Positions 27,492 through 36,645 of a stretch of 64,000 bases of DNA are shown in pieces (position 1 is the first letter of the stretch; each line of letters begins with the position of its first letter). Source of the stretch: an uncultured Clostridium sp. Its GTDB lineage: Bacteria; Bacillota_I; Bacilli_A; RF39; UBA660. The translations under genes were made by a program, and so were the position numbers. The stretch covers positions 1,304-65,303 of the forward strand of contig CAZOBH010000002.1 in assembly GCA_964578175.1 (NCBI GenBank), read 5' to 3'. The notes beneath the pieces are model-generated. The model had not been told where the DNA came from. It was given only the letters and a program-made list of their open reading frames with translations, and ran no database searches.

Positions 27492-28552
27492 GTATAATTA
27501 TTAATTTAATATGGTTTGCAATAATATTAGGTGTAATTGTATTCGTACATGAATTTGGACATTTTATATGGGCAAAGAAATTTGGTGTATATGTTCATGA
27601 GTTCGCTATTGGAATGGGACCTAAGATTATTGGTAAAAGAATAGGTGAAACTGAATATACTTTACGTTGCCTACCTTTAGGAGGTTTTTGCAGTATAGCA
27701 GGTGAAGATGGAGAAGAAACTGATGAAAAAGGTAAAAAGATACCTAAAAAGAGAAAATTATTTGCTAAACCAATTTGGCAAAGAGCAATTGTACTTGTAG
27801 CTGGTATAGTTAATAATTTTATCTTAGCATTAGTATTCTTATTCTTAATTGGTGTATTTGTTGGATCTCCTAATATGGATCCGGTTGTAAGAGAATTAAC
27901 TCCTGATTATCCAATTGAAGAAGCTGGAATAGTAGAAGGAGATAAAATACTTAAAGTAAATGGTCATAGAACTAAAACTATTGAAGATGTTCAAGTTAGA
28001 ATTATGGTTATGGAAAAGGGAAGCGATCTAAAACTTCAAATTGAACATAAAGATGGTAGTACAGAAGATTACACTATTGTACCTAAAAAAGAAGTAAAAG
28101 ATGGAGAAACTAATTATTACTATGGAATAGTATTTAAAACAGAATTTGATCATGGATTTATAAATGCAATTAAATATTCATTTAATAAATTTGGTGCATT
28201 AATAAGACAAATGATTATGGTTTTAGGAATGCTATTTAGTGGAACTGGACTTGATAAGTTAAGTGGACCAGTTGGAATATACTCAACAGTTGGTGAAGCA
28301 AGATCATATGGATTTGCAACATTAGTTCAATTAACAGCTTTATTAAGTATAAATGTAGGATTTATTAACTTACTTCCATTCCCAGCTTTTGATGGAGGAA
28401 GATTATTCTTACTTTTAATTGAAAAGATTAGAGGTAAAGCATTAGATCCTAAAATAGAAGGTATGATTAACCTAGTTGGATTTATTTTAATTATTTTGTT
28501 ATCTTTATATGTAACTAAGAATGATATTATTCGATTAATTACTGGTAAATAA
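27488..28552 (+). CDS. rseP: RIP metalloprotease RseP (site-2 protease, M50)
   Basis: HEFGH in TM1, a central PDZ-like segment, and [11 protein letters not shown]. Confidence 0.9.
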   Translation: MSIIINLIWFAIILGVIVFVHEFGHFIWAKKFGVYVHEFAIGMGPKIIGKRIGETEYTLRCLPLGGFCSIAGEDGEETDEKGKKIPKKRKLFAKPIWQRAIVLVAGIVNNFILALVFLFLIGVFVGSPNMDPVVRELTPDYPIEEAGIVEGDKILKVNGHRTKTIEDVQVRIMVMEKGSDLKLQIEHKDGSTEDYTIVPKKEVKDGETNYYYGIVFKTEFDHGFINAIKYSFNKFGALIRQMIMVLGMLFSGTGLDKLSGPVGIYSTVGEARSYGFATLVQLTALLSINVGFINLLPFPAFDGGRLFLLLIEKIRGKALDPKIEGMINLVGFILIILLSLYVTKNDIIRLITGK

Positions 28553-28565
28553 TAGAGGTGATCAT

Positions 28566-28775
28566 ATGGAAAAAGAAAAAAAGAAGAAATATAGTGAAGA
28601 AGATTTAATTGATCATGATCATCCTTTAAAGAATACTAATTCAGTAGAATATGATGAAGATGATTATGAGAGTATAAACCTTAATCATAATAAGAAAAGT
28701 AGATGGTTAGAAATACTTTTTGTTGTTGCTATAGTTTTAATTATTATATTTCTAATTATTGGATTTGTATTATAG
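28566..28775 (+). CDS. Small single-TM hypothetical protein
   Basis: Acidic N-terminus and C-terminal TM helix WLEILFVVAIVLIIIFLIIGFVL. Followed by a terminator (gaagtc-taaa-gacttc-T5, 28775-28795). Confidence 0.45.
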   Translation: MEKEKKKKYSEEDLIDHDHPLKNTNSVEYDEDDYESINLNHNKKSRWLEILFVVAIVLIIIFLIIGFVL

Positions 28776-28855
28776 AAGTCTAAAGACTTCTTTTTATTTA
28801 CATTTTTTCTTTATAATTGTATAATTTTAGTAGTGTTAAAAATAGGAGTGGTTCT

Positions 28856-31801
28856 ATGTATTTAAAAGAGATTCAAGCATCTGGGTTTAAATCTTTTGCA
28901 GAAAAGTTAACAATAAGTTTAGATAATAAAACTACATGTATCGTAGGACCTAATGGTTCTGGTAAAAGTAACATAGTTGATGCTGTTAGATGGGTACTAG
29001 GTGAACAATCAGTAAAATCACTTAGAGGTAGTGAAGGTATGACTGATGTTATTTTTGCTGGGTCTAAATCAAGAAAACCATTAAATGTTGCAAGTGTTAC
29101 TCTTTTATTTGATAACAGTGATAATTATTTAAATATTCCATATAATGAAGTAGCTGTTAAAAGAAGAGTATATAGAAGTGGTGAGAATGAATATTTTATT
29201 AATGGAGAAAGATGTAGATTAAAAGATATTACAGATTTATTTCTTGATTCAGGTATTGGAAGATCATCATCAAATATAATATCTCAAGGTGAAATAGATA
29301 GAATACTTTCTAATTCTGCAGTTGATAGAAGAAGTATATTTGAAGAAGCAGCAGGAGTTCTTAAATATAAAAAACGTAAAGAAGAAGCAATTCATAAACT
29401 TGAAAAAACTCGTGATAATATGAATAGAGTTAATGATATTATTGCTGAATTAGAAGTTCAAGTTGAACCATTAAAAGAACAAAGTAGAGCAGCAAAAGCT
29501 TATCTTGATAATAAAGATAAATTAAAAGAAGTAGAAGTTGCATATCTTGCTAATGAAATAGAAAGAATTAATAATGAATATAAAGATAGTGTAGAAAAAA
29601 GAGATGCTTTAGGAGAAGCTATTTTTAGTAGTGATGTAAAAAACTCTGGACTTGAAACAGAATTATTAAATAAAAAAACAGAACTATTAAGTATAGAAAA
29701 AAATATTACAGATTATCGTAATAGACTTTTAGAACTTACTAAAAAAGAAGAAAAATTAAATGGCGATAAAGCATTACTTAAGGAAAGAAGTAGTTATAAT
29801 GCCAGTGATTCTAAAGTACATGACACTATATCTAGACTTAAAGAAAATAAGTTACAAATAGAAAATGATATTTATTTAAGAAATAGAGATTTAGAAGATT
29901 TAAATAATAATTTATTAGAAAAAGAAAAAGAAGTTAATAAGTTAGAATCTGATTTAAATTCTAGTAAGAGTAATTATAATTCTTTAATAAATGAATATAA
30001 TTATAAAAGAAAAGATTTAATAGAAATTAAACAAAATATAGAAGTGTTAACTAATACCATTGAAAATGGTAGTAACTTATCTACTGGAGTTAAATCAATA
30101 TTGAATAATCCAAGACTTAATGGAGTACATGATATTTTAGGTAATTTAGTATCTTGTGATAATGAATATACTAAAGCATTAGAAGTAGCTTTACTTTCAA
30201 GTAAACAACACATAGTGGTTGATAATGAAGAAAGTGCAAAATCAGGTATTGATTACTTAAAAGAAAACAATCTAGGAAGGGTAACTTTCCTACCTCTTAA
30301 TGTAATTAAACCAAGAGCAGTAGAACCAAGTATAATATCTGAAATTGAAATAGATAAAGGATATATTGATACATTTATTAACTTAGTTAATTATGATTCT
30401 AAATATTATAATGTTATATCTAATCAATTAGGTAATATTATTGTATCTAGAGATATTGATAGTGGAACAAGAATAAGTAGAAAGATAAATAATAGATATA
30501 GAATAGTTACATTAGATGGAGATATGTTTAATGTAGGTGGATCTATTACTGGAGGAAGCTTAAAATTTAATAAGAGTGTTATAACTTATAGACAAGAACT
30601 AGAAAAGAATAAAGAACATTTAATTGAAGTAGAGAATCTAGTAAAAGAATTAGAAAAAACTATTGAAAACTCATCTAGTAAAATAAAAGATTTAGAAGAT
30701 AAATTATATATTGAAAAAGGTAAATTATATAATTTAAATGAACAAATAAAAAATACTAAGAATATTGTAAATAACTTAAATAATAGACTTAATGATAATA
30801 ATAATAATTTAAATAGTTTAGAACATGTAGTTGATTCTTCTTTAAGTGTAGAAGAAGAAAGAATTATGAATGATTATTATGAAGTATCAAGAGAAAAGAA
30901 TGAAGTAGAAAAAGAATTAACTAAGAGTGAGAAAAATAGAGATAAATTAAATCAAGAAATAGATGAAATAACTGCTGAGAATAAAATGAATTCATCTAAT
31001 AATTTAAAACTTGAAAAAGAATTAAAAGATCTTGAAATTTCAATTTCTAAAATGGAAGTAAAATTAGATAATTATCTTAATATATTAAATGAAGAATATG
31101 AATTAACTTATGAAGCAGCTAAAGATAATTATGAATTAAATATGGATATAGATGAAGCTAAGAAATTAATATCAAGTTTAAAAAATGAAATAAAAAGACT
31201 TGGTATGGTAAATCTTGCTTCAATTGAAGAATATCAAAGAGTATCAACAAGATATGAATTCTTATCTAATCAAAGACATGATTTGGAAAATGCTCGTGAT
31301 ACACTTCTTGAAATAATATCTGAAATGGACGAAGTAATGAAAGAAGAATTCTCTAAAACATTTAATTCTATTAATGAAGAATTTGGTAAAGTATTTAATG
31401 AATTATTCAAAGGAGGAGACGCTAAGATTAAATTAAGTGATCCATCTAATATTTTAGAGAGTGATATTATAATTAGTGCTAGTCCTCCTGGAAAGAAATT
31501 AAAACAAATTAGTTTATTATCTGGTGGAGAAAAAACTTTAACAGCGATAAGTTTAATCTTTGCTATTCTTAATGTTAGAACAGTACCATTCTGTTTATTT
31601 GATGAAGTAGAAGCAGCATTAGATGAAGCAAATGTTGAAACATTTGGAAAGTATTTAGATCATTATAAAAACAAAACTCAATTTTTAATTATTACACATA
31701 AAAAGAAAACTATGGAATTTGCAAATACTTTATATGGTATTACTATGCAAGAATCTGGTGTATCTAAACTAGTTAGTGTTAAACTTGATGGTATAAATTA
31801 A
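28856..31801 (+). CDS. smc: Chromosome segregation protein SMC (compact, 981 aa)
   Basis: MYLKEIQASGFKSF...GPNGSGKSN Walker A, a long coiled coil, a hinge (GVHDILGNL..., LGRVTFLPLN), signature LSGGEKT, and Walker B LFDEVEAALD. I prefer the start at 28856 (RBS aggagtgg). Confidence 0.93.
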   Translation: MYLKEIQASGFKSFAEKLTISLDNKTTCIVGPNGSGKSNIVDAVRWVLGEQSVKSLRGSEGMTDVIFAGSKSRKPLNVASVTLLFDNSDNYLNIPYNEVAVKRRVYRSGENEYFINGERCRLKDITDLFLDSGIGRSSSNIISQGEIDRILSNSAVDRRSIFEEAAGVLKYKKRKEEAIHKLEKTRDNMNRVNDIIAELEVQVEPLKEQSRAAKAYLDNKDKLKEVEVAYLANEIERINNEYKDSVEKRDALGEAIFSSDVKNSGLETELLNKKTELLSIEKNITDYRNRLLELTKKEEKLNGDKALLKERSSYNASDSKVHDTISRLKENKLQIENDIYLRNRDLEDLNNNLLEKEKEVNKLESDLNSSKSNYNSLINEYNYKRKDLIEIKQNIEVLTNTIENGSNLSTGVKSILNNPRLNGVHDILGNLVSCDNEYTKALEVALLSSKQHIVVDNEESAKSGIDYLKENNLGRVTFLPLNVIKPRAVEPSIISEIEIDKGYIDTFINLVNYDSKYYNVISNQLGNIIVSRDIDSGTRISRKINNRYRIVTLDGDMFNVGGSITGGSLKFNKSVITYRQELEKNKEHLIEVENLVKELEKTIENSSSKIKDLEDKLYIEKGKLYNLNEQIKNTKNIVNNLNNRLNDNNNNLNSLEHVVDSSLSVEEERIMNDYYEVSREKNEVEKELTKSEKNRDKLNQEIDEITAENKMNSSNNLKLEKELKDLEISISKMEVKLDNYLNILNEEYELTYEAAKDNYELNMDIDEAKKLISSLKNEIKRLGMVNLASIEEYQRVSTRYEFLSNQRHDLENARDTLLEIISEMDEVMKEEFSKTFNSINEEFGKVFNELFKGGDAKIKLSDPSNILESDIIISASPPGKKLKQISLLSGGEKTLTAISLIFAILNVRTVPFCLFDEVEAALDEANVETFGKYLDHYKNKTQFLIITHKKKTMEFANTLYGITMQESGVSKLVSVKLDGIN

Positions 31802-31819
31802 AAAGGTTAGGTGAAAAGT

Positions 31820-32287
31820 ATGTTCTTATGTTGGGACGTTTATGCTAAAGGAAACACCTTAGGAGATAAGATTTTTTATATTTATTTGTTTATGAATTTA
31901 ATATTTATACTTTTTTCAATTTATTACTATTTTTATAAAAGTAAATTTAAATTTAAAAATATATTTATAAATACACTTAAATTTTTTGGAACATTTATTG
32001 CCCTTTTATTTTTACATTATATTTATCGTATATCTATCATATCTTTAGCTTATGAATATAGTGAAACACATGAGTTATGCACTTCATTTGATGTTTCTTA
32101 CTTTAGAACTTTTAGTTTAATATATTATCTATTCTCAGTAGGATTATTTTATATTATGTCTATTTTATTTAGTAAAAAGAATAATATAAATAAAGATAAG
32201 TTCGATAAGTTTTTTAAAATATCTTTAAGACTATTTATAATAATAGCAATTGTTATTTTGGTTATATATCCAATTTTCGAATATTGA
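31820..32287 (+). CDS. Small 4-TM membrane protein, tandem paralog A
   Basis: Most divergent member of the array. Same length and hydropathy layout as the others and ends IVILVIYPIFEY. ATG at 31820 (RBS aggtga). Confidence 0.55.
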   Translation: MFLCWDVYAKGNTLGDKIFYIYLFMNLIFILFSIYYYFYKSKFKFKNIFINTLKFFGTFIALLFLHYIYRISIISLAYEYSETHELCTSFDVSYFRTFSLIYYLFSVGLFYIMSILFSKKNNINKDKFDKFFKISLRLFIIIAIVILVIYPIFEY

Positions 32288-32326
32288 TATGTGATATAAA
32301 AGATATTTTTCATTGGAGGTAATGAT

Positions 32327-32803
32327 ATGGAGTGTTCTGGAATTATTATAGAAGATGCTATTTTTTCTAATATTTTAGGAAAAATTTTACGTCTTGTTTT
32401 TCTTCTTAATTTATATATTATTTTTCCTATTGTTTTATTTATATTTTTTATGACAGGCAAAAAAAACGGTTTTAATAGAACAATAGTAAGTATATTGAAA
32501 ACTATTGGAATATGGTCTATTTTTGTTCTAATCTACTTAGTAATACGATTGTTTTTTAAAATTGAATATAATTTTTCGATTACTTGTGTTGATGGTGAAT
32601 TATATAGAATTGGAGGTTTATTACAACTTACCAAAAATTTAATTTTTGTCTATATTTATATATTTATGTATGCAATAAGAAAAAATTTTTCTAAAGAAGG
32701 AAAAAGAGAGTTGCGAAATGCTTTATTATTAATTACCATTATTTTAGAAATAGCTATGTGGTTTGTTTATCCTCTTTTTGAAGTAATGTCTCCTTTACCA
32801 TAG
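32327..32803 (+). CDS. Small 4-TM membrane protein, tandem paralog B
   Basis: MECS..., IFPIVLFIFFMTGKK, ILKTIGIW, ITCVDG, IGGL and EIAMWFVYPLFE are shared with paralogs C and D. Confidence 0.6.
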   Translation: MECSGIIIEDAIFSNILGKILRLVFLLNLYIIFPIVLFIFFMTGKKNGFNRTIVSILKTIGIWSIFVLIYLVIRLFFKIEYNFSITCVDGELYRIGGLLQLTKNLIFVYIYIFMYAIRKNFSKEGKRELRNALLLITIILEIAMWFVYPLFEVMSPLP

Positions 32804-32853
32804 TAAATATAGTACTTTTCTAATCTTTTATAAATAATTAAGGAGAAAATGGA

Positions 32854-33336
32854 ATGGAATGTAGTTATATTTTGTCACATGGATGTTATAGTAATACTTT
32901 AGAAGTTGTATTGTATCGTATTACTAGATTTAATATATTTTGTATTTTGCCTGTTGTTTTGTTTGTTTTTCTTATGACAGGTAGTAAAAAAATAAATATA
33001 AAGTCTATAATAATTAACTTGATGAAAACGATTGTTACATGGATAATTTGTTTTTTTGTATATATTTTTATAAAATTGTTAATAGGTGTTACAATACCAG
33101 AAATAGAGTGTATTGATTATTTAACACTACCTAAAATAGGTGGATTAATTATTCTTGCATATACTATATTGAGTTTCTATGCTTATATATTTATGTTTGT
33201 TAAAAGAATAAATCTCTCTAAAAAAAAGAAAAAAGTTTTGATTTTAACTTTATTAATATTAGCAATAATTTTAGAAATTATTATGTGGTTTATATATCCA
33301 TATTTTATTGTAGAGATTTTCAATTGCCAGGCGTAA
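32854..33336 (+). CDS. Small 4-TM membrane protein, tandem paralog C
   Basis: MECS..., ILPVVLFVFLMTGSKK, LMKTIVTW, IECIDY, IGGL and EIIMWFIYPYF. Confidence 0.6.
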   Translation: MECSYILSHGCYSNTLEVVLYRITRFNIFCILPVVLFVFLMTGSKKINIKSIIINLMKTIVTWIICFFVYIFIKLLIGVTIPEIECIDYLTLPKIGGLIILAYTILSFYAYIFMFVKRINLSKKKKKVLILTLLILAIILEIIMWFIYPYFIVEIFNCQA

Positions 33337-33372
33337 AGGTGATTTTATATATGTGATTATGGAGGCAACGAA

Positions 33373-33825
33373 ATGGTATGTGATTATTATTCTAATTTAG
33401 AAGAATCGTTAAGGGGCATATTCTTTTTTAATATAATTTTTATTGTTCCTGTTGTTTTATTTGTTTATTTTATGGTTGGTGAAAAATTAAGCCTTAAAAA
33501 AATAATAAAGAACTTATTTAAAATAGTTTGGACATGGTGGGAATATGTTGCAGTAACTTTTGCATACTATATTGTAATGCTTATAATTGGATTTGATCCC
33601 ATAGAACTTGGCGATCCCGAATATTATTCAATTAAGTATGGATTAATATATGAATTTCCTAGATTATTAATATTATATTACTCATATATATATTTATTTA
33701 TCGATAAACTTACTATTGATAGCAATAAAAAATCATCTTTAATTATCCTATTTTTAAAAATTACTATTATTCTTATTATCATTGTATGTATTTTAAATTT
33801 TTATTTTATTAATTGTAAAATGTAA
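33373..33825 (+). CDS. Small 4-TM membrane protein, tandem paralog D
   Basis: MVCD..., IVPVVLFVYFMVGEK and LFKIVWTW. Same topology as the other paralogs. Confidence 0.6.
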   Translation: MVCDYYSNLEESLRGIFFFNIIFIVPVVLFVYFMVGEKLSLKKIIKNLFKIVWTWWEYVAVTFAYYIVMLIIGFDPIELGDPEYYSIKYGLIYEFPRLLILYYSYIYLFIDKLTIDSNKKSSLIILFLKITIILIIIVCILNFYFINCKM

Positions 33826-33863
33826 AATGAGTGGTAATTTAATTTGTTTTTGCCGACTATTGA

Positions 33864-33944
33864 TGGAGGTGTAGAAATGTTATGTGGTTTGTATATCCTT
33901 ACTTTATTAAACCTATAGAGTGTGAAGATTGGTGTTGCAGTTAA
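33864..33944 (+). pseudogene. Decayed fifth copy of the 4-TM paralog family (5' start fused to the 3' end)
   Basis: The frame ...RNVMWFVYPYFIKPIECEDWCCS* matches the C-termini EIIMWFIYPYF and EIAMWFVYPLF. The upstream gatggaggtgtagaaATGttatgtg resembles the RBS and start of paralog D (tatggaggcaacgaaATGgtatgtg). Confidence 0.6.
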
Positions 33945-33964
33945 AGAGTCTAGTACTCTTTTTA
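33944..33964 (+). terminator. Terminator closing the paralog array
   Basis: Stem aagagt / actctt followed by a T-run. Confidence 0.6.
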
Positions 33965-34003
33965 TTTGTTTTCATTTATTATATAATAAGAATGGAGGTA
34001 ATT

Positions 34004-34561
34004 ATGTATAATTATATTTATGGAAAAATTACAGATATTACAGGAAATTATATAGTTTTAGATAATAATGGTATTGGATATGAAATATTTACAGGTAATC
34101 CTTATGCCTTTGAAATAGACAAAGAATACAAAGTATTTGTATATCATAAAGTAGCTGAAGATGAAGAGAGTTTATATGGATTTAAAACTGAAGAAGAAAA
34201 AGAATTGTTTTTGAAACTTATTTCAGTTAAAGGATTAGGTTGTAAAATGGCTCTTCCGATGATAGCGACTGGATCAGTTAAAGGAATTGCTGATGCAATT
34301 GAAAGAGAGAATATTTTATATTTAAAGAAATTCCCTAAAATTGGAGATAAAGTAGCTAAACAAATTATTTTAGACTTAAAAGGAAAACTTAATATGGATG
34401 TTAGTGGAATGGAAGAGAATAATACAGCTGAAGAATTAACTGAAGTATTAAAAGGATTAGGATATAAAGATAAAGAAATAAAGGTAATAATACCAAAAGT
34501 AGATAAGAATTTATCTATTGAAGATCAAGTTAAGGAGTCTTTAAAATTATTACTTAAATAG
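34004..34561 (+). CDS. ruvA: Holliday junction DNA helicase subunit RuvA
   Basis: MYNYIYGKI...GIGYEI...LYGF...ELF..LISVKGLG is canonical RuvA. The ATG at 34004 (RBS ggaggt) is preferred over the track start at 33929. Confidence 0.9.
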   Translation: MYNYIYGKITDITGNYIVLDNNGIGYEIFTGNPYAFEIDKEYKVFVYHKVAEDEESLYGFKTEEEKELFLKLISVKGLGCKMALPMIATGSVKGIADAIERENILYLKKFPKIGDKVAKQIILDLKGKLNMDVSGMEENNTAEELTEVLKGLGYKDKEIKVIIPKVDKNLSIEDQVKESLKLLLK

Positions 34562-34570
34562 GAGGTTTTT

Positions 34571-35617
34571 ATGGTAGATGATAGAGTATTAAATGAAGAA
34601 GAAATGTCTGAAGATACTACTATGGAGGAATCTATTAGACCAGAAAGATTAGTAGATTATATTGGCCAAAAAGATGTTAAAGAAAATATAGGTGTATATA
34701 TTAAAGCAGCTAAAATGAGAGAAGAACCACTTGATCATGTTTTATTATATGGTCCTCCTGGTTTAGGTAAAACTACATTAGCATATATTATTGCTAATGA
34801 ACTTGGTACAAATATTAAAATAACTAGTGGTCCTAGTATTGAAAAAAGTGGAGATTTAGCAGCAATACTTTCTAGTCTTGAACCAGGTGATGTTTTATTT
34901 ATTGATGAGATACATAGACTACCTAGTTTTGTTGAAGAGATACTTTATCCTGCTATGGAAGATTTCACATTAGATATAGTTGTTGGTGGTGAAGGAAGTG
35001 GAAGAAATATAAGAATAAATTTACCACCATTCACTTTAGTAGGAGCAACTACAAGAGCTGGTGATTTAACTTCTCCTTTAAGAGATAGATTTGGAATAAT
35101 ATCTAAATTGAAATATTATAATGTTAAAGAATTACAAGAAATAATTAAAAGAACTTCTAGAGTACTAGATATGCCAATAGATGATGATGCATCTCGTGAG
35201 TTAGCATCACGTTCACGTGGTACTCCTAGAATTGCAAATAGATTATTTAGAAGAGTAAGAGACTTTGCTTTAGTTGAAGGTGAAGAATCAATTAGTTTAG
35301 AAGTTACAAAAAAAGCATTAAAAAGACTTAAAGTTGATGAATCTGGACTTGATGAAACAGATCATCAATTGCTTCTTGGAATTATTGAGAAGTTTGGAGG
35401 AGGACCTGTTGGTCTTGAGTCTATTGCTAGCGTAATAGGTGAAGAAGCATCTACAATTGAAGATGTTTATGAACCATACTTATTACAATCTGGATTCTTA
35501 AAAAGGACACCTAGAGGTAGAGTTGTAACTGAAAAAGGATATAAACAAGTTAATAAGACATATCAAAATACATTATTTGATTTTAATGAGGATGATGAAG
35601 ATGATGAAGACAAGTGA
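34571..35617 (+). CDS. ruvB: Holliday junction DNA helicase RuvB
   Basis: RP..L.DYIGQ, Walker [25 protein letters not shown] and [10 protein letters not shown]. Acidic DEDDEDK tail. Confidence 0.95.
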   Translation: MVDDRVLNEEEMSEDTTMEESIRPERLVDYIGQKDVKENIGVYIKAAKMREEPLDHVLLYGPPGLGKTTLAYIIANELGTNIKITSGPSIEKSGDLAAILSSLEPGDVLFIDEIHRLPSFVEEILYPAMEDFTLDIVVGGEGSGRNIRINLPPFTLVGATTRAGDLTSPLRDRFGIISKLKYYNVKELQEIIKRTSRVLDMPIDDDASRELASRSRGTPRIANRLFRRVRDFALVEGEESISLEVTKKALKRLKVDESGLDETDHQLLLGIIEKFGGGPVGLESIASVIGEEASTIEDVYEPYLLQSGFLKRTPRGRVVTEKGYKQVNKTYQNTLFDFNEDDEDDEDK

Positions 35618-36635
35618 TTTTGATTACTATTTACCTGATGAATTAATTGCTCAAACACCTCTTAAAAAAAGAGATGAATCACGTATGTTAGTTTTAAACA
35701 AAAATACAGGTGAAATAGAACATAAACATTTTTATGATTTAATAGATTATTTAGAATCTGGAGATACATTAGTTATGAATAATACTAAGGTTATTCCAGC
35801 AAGACTTATTGGTGAAAAAGAAGATACTCATGCAGCTATTGAAGTACTATTGCTTAAGAATATTGAAGGAGACAGGTGGGAAGCATTATCTAAGCCTGCA
35901 AGACGAGTTAAAGTTGGAACAATAATATCTTTTGGTGATGGTTCTTTAAAATGTAGGTGTATTGAAGAAAGAGATGAAGGAATAAGAATTTATGAATTTA
36001 TTTATGATGGTATTTTCTTAGAGATATTAGAAAGACTTGGTACTATGCCACTTCCACCATATATTCATGAACAATTAGATGATCAAGATAGATATAATAC
36101 AGTTTATGCAAAGAATGTAGGTAGTGCTGCTGCACCTACTGCAGGTTTACATTTTACAGAAGAATTACTTAATAAACTTAAAGATAAAGGAATTAATCTT
36201 TGTTATGTAACTTTACATGTTGGTCTTGGTACGTTTAGACCAGTTAATACTGAAAACGTTTTAGATCATAAAATGCATAGTGAATATTATGAAATAAATG
36301 AAGAAACAGTAAATATAATAAATGAAACAAAAAAGAATAATAAAAGATTAGTGGTAGTTGGAACAACAACTGTAAGAACACTTGAAACAGTTATGTCTAA
36401 ATATGGTAAATTAGTACCTTGTTATGGTAACACTGATATATTTATTTATCCTGGATATGAATTTAAAATAGTAGATAATTTAGTAACTAATTTCCATTTA
36501 CCAAAATCTACTTTAGTTATGCTTGTATCTGCTCTTGCAGGACGTGAAAATATCTTAAATGCATATAATGAAGCAGTAAAAGAAAAGTATCGTTTTTTCT
36601 CATTCGGAGATAGTATGTTTATAATAGATAAATAG
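35604..36635 (+). CDS. queA: S-adenosylmethionine:tRNA ribosyltransferase-isomerase
   Basis: [51 protein letters not shown] and FFSFGD. Several in-frame ATGs exist, so the start is uncertain by a few codons. Confidence 0.92.
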   Translation: MKTSDFDYYLPDELIAQTPLKKRDESRMLVLNKNTGEIEHKHFYDLIDYLESGDTLVMNNTKVIPARLIGEKEDTHAAIEVLLLKNIEGDRWEALSKPARRVKVGTIISFGDGSLKCRCIEERDEGIRIYEFIYDGIFLEILERLGTMPLPPYIHEQLDDQDRYNTVYAKNVGSAAAPTAGLHFTEELLNKLKDKGINLCYVTLHVGLGTFRPVNTENVLDHKMHSEYYEINEETVNIINETKKNNKRLVVVGTTTVRTLETVMSKYGKLVPCYGNTDIFIYPGYEFKIVDNLVTNFHLPKSTLVMLVSALAGRENILNAYNEAVKEKYRFFSFGDSMFIIDK

Positions 36636-36645
36636 GAGATTTTTT

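Noticed and set aside
32149-32460. 103-aa minus-strand ORF spanning the junction of paralogs A and B
   Set aside because: It is antisense to two members of a clearly conserved plus-strand paralog family. It has no RBS and none of the other spacers carries an equivalent.
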